DNA of 64,000 bases. It comes from Chloroflexota bacterium (GTDB taxonomy: Bacteria; Chloroflexota; UBA5177). This document shows, piece by piece, positions 29,080 to 36,683 of the stretch. Position numbers and translations under genes: made by a program. Every line of letters starts with the position of its first letter. Position 1 is the stretch's first letter. The notes under the pieces are model-generated. The model saw only the letters and a list, made by a program, of their open reading frames with translations, ran no database searches and was not told where the DNA came from. The DNA lies in the NCBI GenBank assembly GCA_036752825.1, contig DAIORV010000001.1:42843-106842 (forward strand). The letters run 5' to 3'.

Positions 29080-30105
29080 CTAGTAGCCGCCCTCACGGTC
29101 GACCATGTTCAGCAGCGGCTGGCCGTCCAGAAAGCGGCGCAGGTTTACCTCGAAGAGATGTGCCCCGCGCTCCCGAGTATGCTCTCCCAGCCCCCCAATA
29201 TGAGGACTCACTATCACATTTGGCGTAGACCAGAGAGGGCTGCTGCGTGGAAGCGGCTCGTGTTCGAAGACATCCAGACCCGCCCCCGCGATCGAGCCCT
29301 CTTGCAGCGCCTGAATCAAGGCGTTCTCATCTACCACCGCGCCGCGACCCAGGTTGAAGAAGAGCGCTCCTCGTTTCATGCTGCCGAAGGCCTCCTGCCC
29401 GAAGCTTCCTTTCGTGCCGTCAGTCAGCGGTAGGAGGAGGAGCACGATGTCGCTCTGGGACAGCACCTCCCCGAGTCGGTCTGCAGGGTAGACGGTGTCC
29501 GGCCCTTTCTGAGTCGGTTCCAGCCAGGGAGGATCTTCATACTCCCCCACCTGGTCCTCTAGCTCGCGGGGCACAGGCGCTGACCAACGGGTTCCCACTA
29601 CCCGCATGCCAAAGGCGTGCGCGATGTGGGCAACTCCAGCGCCAATCTTTCCCCACCCTATGATTCCAAGTGTCTTGCCGCGCAGCTCGACTAGTCGTAT
29701 TTGAGCCTGCCGGGTGTCATGCACCCACTCTCCCCGCGATTGCGCTCTTACCAGAGGCGCTATCTGCCGGCTTAGCGAGAGCAGCAAGGCGAAGAAATGT
29801 TCTGCCATCGGTACCGTATGTACCCCCTGGGACGCGGTGATCGTCACTGCGCTCTCCCAGACGGGAAGCTGGCGTATGTGGTCGGCTCCGGCACTCGGGA
29901 GCTGTATCCACCTCAGATGTGGCGATTCCCTCGGCACGTTCTCCGGAATCTGCCAGGTGTAAAGCACCTCGGCTTCGCGCACAGCTTGACGAAGCTCCTC
30001 GTCAGTGCGGGCGGTTACGAACCGAACGCGCGCCTCAAATTCCGCCACAGGGAAGTTAGAGGCGAGTGAGCCGCCGCTCACGACTAATAGTCTCTTGTCT
30101 CTCAT
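29080..30105 (-). CDS. D-isomer-specific 2-hydroxyacid dehydrogenase (NAD-binding)
   Basis: Rossmann motif 'GIIGWGKIGAGVAHIA' and a catalytic region '...VIVSPHIGG...'. 4-nt overlap with the upstream epimerase gene. Confidence 0.75.
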   Translation of the reverse strand: MRDKRLLVVSGGSLASNFPVAEFEARVRFVTARTDEELRQAVREAEVLYTWQIPENVPRESPHLRWIQLPSAGADHIRQLPVWESAVTITASQGVHTVPMAEHFFALLLSLSRQIAPLVRAQSRGEWVHDTRQAQIRLVELRGKTLGIIGWGKIGAGVAHIAHAFGMRVVGTRWSAPVPRELEDQVGEYEDPPWLEPTQKGPDTVYPADRLGEVLSQSDIVLLLLPLTDGTKGSFGQEAFGSMKRGALFFNLGRGAVVDENALIQALQEGSIAGAGLDVFEHEPLPRSSPLWSTPNVIVSPHIGGLGEHTRERGAHLFEVNLRRFLDGQPLLNMVDREGGY

Positions 30106-31124
30106 CGAGCCTGCTCGACCCCGAGGCCAGGGCTCTGACCAAGCACGAGTTTGCCGTCCTCTACGAGGACCCCGCGAAAAGGGTCATCGTCGATGAGCAG
30201 GTGACCGTCGAGATCTGCATAGTCGATCAGTGGAGAAAGATGTGCGGCCGCCGTGATGGCTAGCGAGCTCTCGATCATGCAGCCCATCATCACGCTGAGG
30301 CCCAAGCCGCGGGCTATGTGGATCATCTCAAGTGCCGGATAGATGCCTCCGCACTTCATGAGCTTGATGTTGATCCCGTCGACATAGGGGGCGACCTTCG
30401 CCACGTCGCTCGGGGCTATGCAGCTCTCGTCGGCTATGACGGGGAGTGAAACCGCGCTGCGGACGTAGCCCAGGCCCTCGAGGTCGTGGCCGTGGACTGG
30501 TTGCTCGATGAACTCCAGATCGTATTCGGCCAGCCGCTCGATTTTTTCGACGGCCTCCTTGGGTTTCCATGCCATGTTGGCATCGACTCGAATTAAAGCA
30601 TCGGGCCGTTCGGCCCGAATTGCTTTCAGGTTTGCCTCATCGTTGTCCGTGCCGACTTTGACCTTTAGAACCGGGTAGCTGCCCGCCTCTACAGCCTTGC
30701 GCGCCATGACCTCCGGGGTGTCGATGCCGATGGTGTATGAGGTTCGTGGTGCCTCTAGCGGATCGAGGCCGAGAATTTCATAGACGGGCGCACCAAGTCT
30801 CTTGCCGAGAAGATCGTAGGCGGCCATGTCGACAGCGGCTTTGGCAGCGGGATTGAGCATGGCGACGTCATCCATCAGAGCGTGGAGCGCGCTGATCGAT
30901 AGCGGAGCGTCGACTTCGGCCAGTCGATCGTTCAGGGCGGCAAGGTATACGAGGACCGTGCTCCCAAGTTCGCCGTAGTGCGGACTGGGTGCAGCTTCGC
31001 CGATGCCGGAGCTGTCGTCCTGGGTAAGGGTGAGGTGGACTGTTTCGGCGAGAACTTGCGTGCCGCGGGCGATGGTGAAGGGGTCGTGGAGCTGGAGCTC
31101 GACAGGCTCAAAGGCGAGGTCCAT
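30102..31124 (-). CDS. Enolase-superfamily dipeptide epimerase (L-Ala-D/L-Glu epimerase-like, MR/MLE family)
   Basis: 'VKVGTDNDEANLKAIRAERPDALIRVDANMAWKP...LEFIEQPV' with the metal-binding residue pattern of muconate-lactonizing/dipeptide epimerases. Confidence 0.7.
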   Translation of the reverse strand: MDLAFEPVELQLHDPFTIARGTQVLAETVHLTLTQDDSSGIGEAAPSPHYGELGSTVLVYLAALNDRLAEVDAPLSISALHALMDDVAMLNPAAKAAVDMAAYDLLGKRLGAPVYEILGLDPLEAPRTSYTIGIDTPEVMARKAVEAGSYPVLKVKVGTDNDEANLKAIRAERPDALIRVDANMAWKPKEAVEKIERLAEYDLEFIEQPVHGHDLEGLGYVRSAVSLPVIADESCIAPSDVAKVAPYVDGINIKLMKCGGIYPALEMIHIARGLGLSVMMGCMIESSLAITAAAHLSPLIDYADLDGHLLIDDDPFRGVLVEDGKLVLGQSPGLGVEQAR

Positions 31125-31195
31125 CCGGCCTCCTGCGGCTAGGTAGTCGATTGTATCAATGCCTTTCTGGCGAGGGACTCATGATTGACAATGAT

Positions 31196-31211
31196 TAGAA
31201 CTTATGTTCTA
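31196..31211. promoter_or_regulatory. LexA/SOS box of the Gram-positive Cheo type (tAGAAC-N4-GTTCTa) inside a TTGACA promoter
   Basis: Palindrome TAGAACTTATGTTCTA with GAAC at 31198-31201 and GTTC at 31206-31209. -35 TTGACA lies at 31185-31190, so the box sits in the spacer/-10 region. It is 47 nt upstream of imuB and divergent to the epimerase operon. Confidence 0.7.
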
Positions 31212-31257
31212 ATGAAGAACCCCAACCTGTGGCGCTGCCACTGTCGCGGAGGCGCCG

Positions 31258-32817
31258 GTGATTCTCTTTCTGCGTATCGTCCCCGGCCTCTCGGTTGCTC
31301 TGCTGGAACGAGATCGACCCGAGCTTCGATCTCGGCCTCTGGTCATTGGGCAATCTGGTGGACGCGGGTTAGTGCTCGAAGCAAATACCTCCGCCCAAGG
31401 CTTTGGTATTCAACCCGGAATAACGCTCGCTCAGGCTCGTCATCACTGTCCTGATGCACTCGTTCTTATGATCGATTTCGCCCGCTGCTCCGCCGTCTGG
31501 GAGGAGATATGCGTCGTACTTCGCAGCTTCACTCCCCTCGTCCAGCCGCTCGAGCCAGGATCGGCCGTCTGCGACTTTTCCGGCTGCGAGCGGCATTGGG
31601 GAGATGCATGGAGCACTGCGCGCAGCGTCGCCGGTGCAATTTTCGGAGATACCGGAATCAAGCCGTGGATCGGCATCGGTGCTAATCGTCTGGTTGCCGA
31701 GCTTGCCTCTGTTGTGGCCGATACCGATACCGATGGCATAGCAGTGGTTGAGCAGGGAGAAGAGCAGGCCTTCCTGGCGGATCTTCCGCTTACCTCGCTA
31801 CCCGAGGTCGACTCAAACCTAACGCTCACCTTCCAGGTATTGGGACTTGCCACCGCTGGCCAGTTTGCTGCCCTGCCCACCTCATCCGTGAAGAATCGCT
31901 TCGGCGCATTGGGGGAGCGGCTCCATCGCTATGCCCGAGGGATAGATTTTCGCCCTATCGTTCCACCACCCCTCAGCCCGGCTATTAGCGCCCGCTACGA
32001 ATGTGAAGAAGGAACTCCGGAGGAGGCTCTCGACGGCCTTCGAAAGCTCGCTCTTCGAGTGTCTTCCGAGCTTCAACAAAAGAGGCTCGAAGGGAAGGTC
32101 ATTACGGTGCGGTTGTTCTGGGCTCATGCCTCAAATGGAATGACCCTGCTACCGAAAAATGGAGCTCGATCTCTCCCTGGCCGAGTCCCACCACTTCTTT
32201 CGAACGGTGATGAGAATGATCGACCTCCTCAAACCGAGCCTCCCCCTCCACCTGGAGACGCGCTGCTTTCGAGCGGGATTAAAGCCAATATCCCTATCCC
32301 CTACCGTATTCACTCCTATGCTCTTCCTCAACCAAACATTGACATGGGAAAACCACTTTTGACCAAACAAACCCATTCCCCCTCGTCTCGAGATGAAAAT
32401 GCTCTTTCGACCAAACAAACCCATTTCCAACCAGGCACTTTGACCGCCATGGTCCGGACGCCTATCAGTGCCGAAGCTCCATTGGCTGAGCGGGCGCAGC
32501 GACTTCTCCTTGGGCGGTTCGCGAAACGAAAGGATGAGCGGTCTCTTCGACTGGAGGCACTCGAGCTGGAGGTCTCTGAGTTCGCTCAGCCTGAACAGAT
32601 CAGCTTTGCTGAGCTGAATCGGATTAGTGACACCGGCGGGCTCGCTGGTATGAGTCCCGAGCGGCGGAGTGCGCTACTCCATGGAGATGAAACCTGGGCT
32701 GCTCGGTACGGGCACACTGCCTTCCGTCATGTGGCATCAATTGATCCGACCAATGTGGTGACGGAACGGCGAGTGCGTTGGGCTGAAGGTTTGAAGATGG
32801 CTCGGGGACGAGTATGA
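31258..32817 (+). CDS. imuB: ImuB: catalytically inactive Y-family polymerase-like protein of the SOS mutasome
   Basis: DinB-like N-terminal fold, but the catalytic acidic residues are replaced ('FLRIVPGLSVALLE' in place of DxD; 'VCDFSG' in place of the catalytic DE). Long Pro-rich C-terminal extension. GTG start 7 nt after GGAGG. Sits directly upstream of dnaE2 and downstream of the LexA box. Confidence 0.8.
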   Translation: MILFLRIVPGLSVALLERDRPELRSRPLVIGQSGGRGLVLEANTSAQGFGIQPGITLAQARHHCPDALVLMIDFARCSAVWEEICVVLRSFTPLVQPLEPGSAVCDFSGCERHWGDAWSTARSVAGAIFGDTGIKPWIGIGANRLVAELASVVADTDTDGIAVVEQGEEQAFLADLPLTSLPEVDSNLTLTFQVLGLATAGQFAALPTSSVKNRFGALGERLHRYARGIDFRPIVPPPLSPAISARYECEEGTPEEALDGLRKLALRVSSELQQKRLEGKVITVRLFWAHASNGMTLLPKNGARSLPGRVPPLLSNGDENDRPPQTEPPPPPGDALLSSGIKANIPIPYRIHSYALPQPNIDMGKPLLTKQTHSPSSRDENALSTKQTHFQPGTLTAMVRTPISAEAPLAERAQRLLLGRFAKRKDERSLRLEALELEVSEFAQPEQISFAELNRISDTGGLAGMSPERRSALLHGDETWAARYGHTAFRHVASIDPTNVVTERRVRWAEGLKMARGRV

Positions 32818-33053
32818 CAAAGCTGTACTTCGAGCCGATCACCGTGAAGTGTGAAGATGGCCGTCCACGTTCCTTCATATGGCGAAGAACGCTTCATCCC
32901 ATCAGTAGTGTCCTTAAACGTTGGATTGTTTGTGTTGACTGGTGGCGGCAGGAGATTTCCCGCCAGTACTACAAAGTCGAGTGCGAAAACCTGGGCGTCT
33001 ACGAGATCTATCGAGAACACGATAGGTGGTTTCTCGAGCGGCTCTATGACTGA
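32814..33053 (+). CDS. 79-aa Trp/Tyr-rich hypothetical protein encoded between imuB and dnaE2
   Basis: Its ATG overlaps the imuB stop (ATGA, 32814-32817). Its TGA overlaps the dnaE2 ATG (TGATG, 33051-33055). Translation: MTKLYFEPITVKCEDGRPRSFIWRRTLHPISSVLKRWIVCVDWWRQEISRQYYKVECENLGVYEIYREHDRWFLERLYD. Confidence 0.6.
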   Translation: MTKLYFEPITVKCEDGRPRSFIWRRTLHPISSVLKRWIVCVDWWRQEISRQYYKVECENLGVYEIYREHDRWFLERLYD

Positions 33054-36000
33054 TGATCCATCTCCACACACACAGCAACTTCAGCTTCCTGGACGGAGCT
33101 TCGGCGCCTGATCGTCTGGTAAAGCGGGCCGCCGAGCTGGAAATGCCGGCCCTCGCCTTGACTGACCATCACGGACTTTACGGTGCCGTACGCTTTCTTC
33201 ACGCGGCAAAAGCTGCAGGCATAAAACCCATCATCGGTGCCGAGATCTGCCTGCGTTCGGAGAATGGAGAAGGCCAGGCAAAGCCACATCTGGTGCTCCT
33301 CGCTAGAAATAGGGTGGGCTATGCAAATCTCTGCCGCATCATCACCAAGGCGCAGCTCGACTATCAGGATGATCCTCAGATCACCCTCACCGATCTTGCT
33401 CCGTATCACGAAGGCCTTATTGCGCTCTCTGGTTGCCGGCGAGGTGAGCTTCCGCGTGCCCTCTTAGCCGGCCATAGAGAGGAGGCGCTGTCAATCGCAC
33501 GGCGCTATGCGGACCTCTTTGGTGACCGCTTCTTGATTGAGCTCGAGCATCACCTTCTCCCCGACGATGACGCGCTGGTTGATGCGCTGCTCGACCTAGC
33601 AAGGAAGATCGGCCTACGTGCCGTCCTCGCTAACGATGTTCACTATGCCTACCCGCACGAATACCGTCTGCGTGACGTCATGGCTTGTATTCAGACACGA
33701 ACCACGCTCGATGAATGGACTGATATCCGTCATGCCAACGGCGAGTACTACCTGAAGTCCCAGCAGGAGATGCGCGAAGCTTTTGCTCTCCCCGCAAACA
33801 TCTTCGATGCCTGTCTTGCCACCACCCAAGAGATCGCCGACGATTGCAATCTTGAGCTGCTGGCCGTTTCCTGCCGTCCGCCGGACTATCCCGTACCTAA
33901 AGGTGAAACTGCTTTCTCACACCTCTACACCCTCTGTCAGGAAGGAGTGCGCAAGCTCTATCACCCGCTCACACCAGAAGTTAGCAATCAGCTCGCTTAC
34001 GAGCTTTCCATCATCGAGCAGATGGGGCTCGCCTCCTTCTTTCTCTGCGTCTGGGACATCATTCGCTTCTCCCGGGAACACGGCATACGATGCGCCGGAC
34101 GGGGTTCGGCCGCCGATTCAATCGTGGCCTATATTCTCGGCATCACCGCGGTCGATCCCCTGGCCAACAATCTGCTTTTCGAGCGCTTCCTCAATCCCGG
34201 ACGTGTCGGCATGCCGGATGTGGACATCGACTTCGACTCACGGCGGCGCGACGAGGTCATCGAGTACATACAGGATCGCTACACCACTGAGCACGCCGCC
34301 ATGGTGGCGAACGTCATCACCTATCGTTCTCGCTCTGCCTTCCGAGACGTGGCCAAGGCGATGGGCTTCGCTCCCTCGCTGGTCGATACTCTCGCCTCGA
34401 AGCTCAGCTATCGAGGTGTCAAAGAGATGCGTGAAGAGATGGTTTTGGCAGGTGATGTACAGCCGGCACTCGAGGGAGCCGTCGACGAGAACGCGTCGAA
34501 AGCTCAGACGCCGCTCGAGCAGGTGATCGAGCTCTGCGAGCAGCTCGACGGCTATCCTCGCCATCTCTCACTTCATAACGGTGGCATGCTCATTACTGCC
34601 GAGCCACTGATAGATGTGGTCCCGCTCGAATACGCTACCAGTGGCGTCCGCGTCTGTCAGTTCAACAAAGATGATGTCGAGATGCTCGGCCTGATCAAGT
34701 TCGACATCCTCGGTCTGCGAACCCTTTCCATCCTTGACGAAGCCGTGCAAACCATTAAAGAGGTGCGCGGAATCGATCTTCCGATCGACAACATTCCGCT
34801 CGACGATCCTGCCTGTTACGACCTGGCATGCTCGTCCAAGACCATCGGCGTCTTTCAGATCGAGAGCCCGGGCCAATGGGCGCTTCTCGCTCGCGCTCAA
34901 CCTCGCACGTTCGGCGATCTCATCATTCAGATTGCTCTCTTCCGGCCCGGTCCGTTACAGGGAGGGATGGTCGATCCATACATCGAAAGGCGTCTAGGCC
35001 GGGAGGCGGTCACATACTCCCATCCCAGCCTCGAGAACTGCTTGCGAGACACACTTGGTGTGGTGATCTTCCAGGAACAAGTGCTGCAGGTTGCGCATGA
35101 CTTTGCAGGCCTTTCCTACGCTGATGCCGACGGCCTGCGCCGCGCCATGTCCCACTACCGTACCGACACCGAGATGAATGTCTGCCGCGACATCTTCGTG
35201 GCAAGCGCAGTCGAGCTCGGGCGCGACCGGGAGCTCTCGGAACGCATGTACGAAGCCATTTCGTACTTCTCCGGTTACGGCTTCTGCCGGTCGCATGCCG
35301 CTGCCTTCGCCAAGACCGTCTACCAGACCCTTTTCCTCAAGGTCTATTACCCCGCAGAGTTCCTGGCCGCTATCCTCTCCAACGAGCCCTGCTGCTATTA
35401 CCCGACGCAAACCGTCATTGAAGAGGCAAGACGGTGGGGAATACGAGTTCTTCCCGTTGACATAAATAGAAGTACCGCTCGCTATACCGTCGAACACGGC
35501 GCGATTCGTATGGGAATCATGCAGGTAAAGGGACTCACCGAGGACTCAGCACTGGCGGTCGTCGAGGCGCGTGGGAAACGCCCATTCGCTACCTTCTCTG
35601 ACTTCTGGGCACGTACTTCGGTGGATCGTGATGTCGCTGAGGCCCTGATAAGTGTTGGTGCTTTTGACTCTTTGGGGATGAATCGGAGAGCGTTGCTCTG
35701 GGGACTGGAGGAAGTGATCCGTACCGTCGTTCGTAAGCGTGATCTGCAGTCCCGAATGAAGATCGATGTGCGGGCGGGCGCGCCAGATCTTCCGCCTCTT
35801 ACCGATCTCGATGTCGCTGGACTTGATTACACACTGCAAGGTGCGTCCGCTCGTTACAGCGTCATGTCCTTCTATCGCCGATCGCTGGCTCGGGCCAACG
35901 TCCTTTCGATAGGACAGATCGAAGGTAAACCGTCAGGCACCACGGTTCGCACTGGGGGCATCGTCATCAGCCGCCAGAGGCCACCCACTGCCAAAGGCAT

Positions 36001-36268
36001 GACCTTTCTCGTCCTGGCCGACGAGGAAGGAGAGCTCCCGGTGGCCATCTACCCCAATATCTACGAGAGCCATCGCCTCATTGTGAACGGCAGCTCATCC
36101 CTGGTCATCGAGGGGATAGTCGAGCGAGAGCGTTACGTCACGTCTCTCCTGGCCACACGCCTCTGGCGTCTCAACGATGTCGCCACACTCGATACCCGTC
36201 CTTCCATCCAGCGCGCCAAGCAGGCCAAGCTCTTCGACTCGGTCGCCACCAAGTACATACCGGGATGA
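33053..36268 (+). CDS. dnaE2: Error-prone DNA polymerase DnaE2 (ImuC)
   Basis: Second PolIII-alpha paralogue (1071 aa), with PHP motif 'MIHLHTHSNFSFLDG' and 'GVFQIESPG'. The shorter length and the LexA-box/imuB context mark it as DnaE2. Confidence 0.85.
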   Translation: MIHLHTHSNFSFLDGASAPDRLVKRAAELEMPALALTDHHGLYGAVRFLHAAKAAGIKPIIGAEICLRSENGEGQAKPHLVLLARNRVGYANLCRIITKAQLDYQDDPQITLTDLAPYHEGLIALSGCRRGELPRALLAGHREEALSIARRYADLFGDRFLIELEHHLLPDDDALVDALLDLARKIGLRAVLANDVHYAYPHEYRLRDVMACIQTRTTLDEWTDIRHANGEYYLKSQQEMREAFALPANIFDACLATTQEIADDCNLELLAVSCRPPDYPVPKGETAFSHLYTLCQEGVRKLYHPLTPEVSNQLAYELSIIEQMGLASFFLCVWDIIRFSREHGIRCAGRGSAADSIVAYILGITAVDPLANNLLFERFLNPGRVGMPDVDIDFDSRRRDEVIEYIQDRYTTEHAAMVANVITYRSRSAFRDVAKAMGFAPSLVDTLASKLSYRGVKEMREEMVLAGDVQPALEGAVDENASKAQTPLEQVIELCEQLDGYPRHLSLHNGGMLITAEPLIDVVPLEYATSGVRVCQFNKDDVEMLGLIKFDILGLRTLSILDEAVQTIKEVRGIDLPIDNIPLDDPACYDLACSSKTIGVFQIESPGQWALLARAQPRTFGDLIIQIALFRPGPLQGGMVDPYIERRLGREAVTYSHPSLENCLRDTLGVVIFQEQVLQVAHDFAGLSYADADGLRRAMSHYRTDTEMNVCRDIFVASAVELGRDRELSERMYEAISYFSGYGFCRSHAAAFAKTVYQTLFLKVYYPAEFLAAILSNEPCCYYPTQTVIEEARRWGIRVLPVDINRSTARYTVEHGAIRMGIMQVKGLTEDSALAVVEARGKRPFATFSDFWARTSVDRDVAEALISVGAFDSLGMNRRALLWGLEEVIRTVVRKRDLQSRMKIDVRAGAPDLPPLTDLDVAGLDYTLQGASARYSVMSFYRRSLARANVLSIGQIEGKPSGTTVRTGGIVISRQRPPTAKGMTFLVLADEEGELPVAIYPNIYESHRLIVNGSSSLVIEGIVERERYVTSLLATRLWRLNDVATLDTRPSIQRAKQAKLFDSVATKYIPG

Positions 36269-36679
36269 CTACCCTCGAATCGCTTCGCGGACCATCTGCA
36301 GAGTGTATCGTGTGGCTTCGTCGAAACAGGGCTCGTCAAACGCCATCCATTCCGTCCCCGCCAGATACCCCTTGTCTCCCCGTGCCCCATTGACATCCTG
36401 AATAGCAGTATGCTCCCCGCCCACGATTTGCCCGATATACGTGTGACGAGGCTCCTTGAACGTGACTCCAGCGATCGATCGCGGCCCATCCACGAACAGA
36501 AGTCGCTCGATTCTGATTCGCAAGCCTGTCTCCTCGAGAACCTCTCGGATTGCGGCAGCCTCCGGCGTCTCACCCTCTTCCACCGCGCCGCCCGGAAGGA
36601 TCCAATACTCACGCTCTGGACACACGTGACGGGCGAGCAAGATCCGGTCGCCCTCGAGCAGCACAACCTGCGCCCTCAT
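36269..36679 (-). CDS. NUDIX hydrolase
   Basis: Nudix box 'GGAVEEGETPEAAAIREVLEETG'. 136 aa. Lies 4 nt downstream of mnmG on the same strand. Confidence 0.8.
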   Translation of the reverse strand: MRAQVVLLEGDRILLARHVCPEREYWILPGGAVEEGETPEAAAIREVLEETGLRIRIERLLFVDGPRSIAGVTFKEPRHTYIGQIVGGEHTAIQDVNGARGDKGYLAGTEWMAFDEPCFDEATRYTLQMVREAIRG

Positions 36680-36683
36680 GCAG

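Noticed and set aside
31185-31454. 89-aa ORF overlapping the imuB promoter and 5' end
   Set aside because: It spans the -35, the LexA box and the RBS and is out of frame with imuB. No coding signal.
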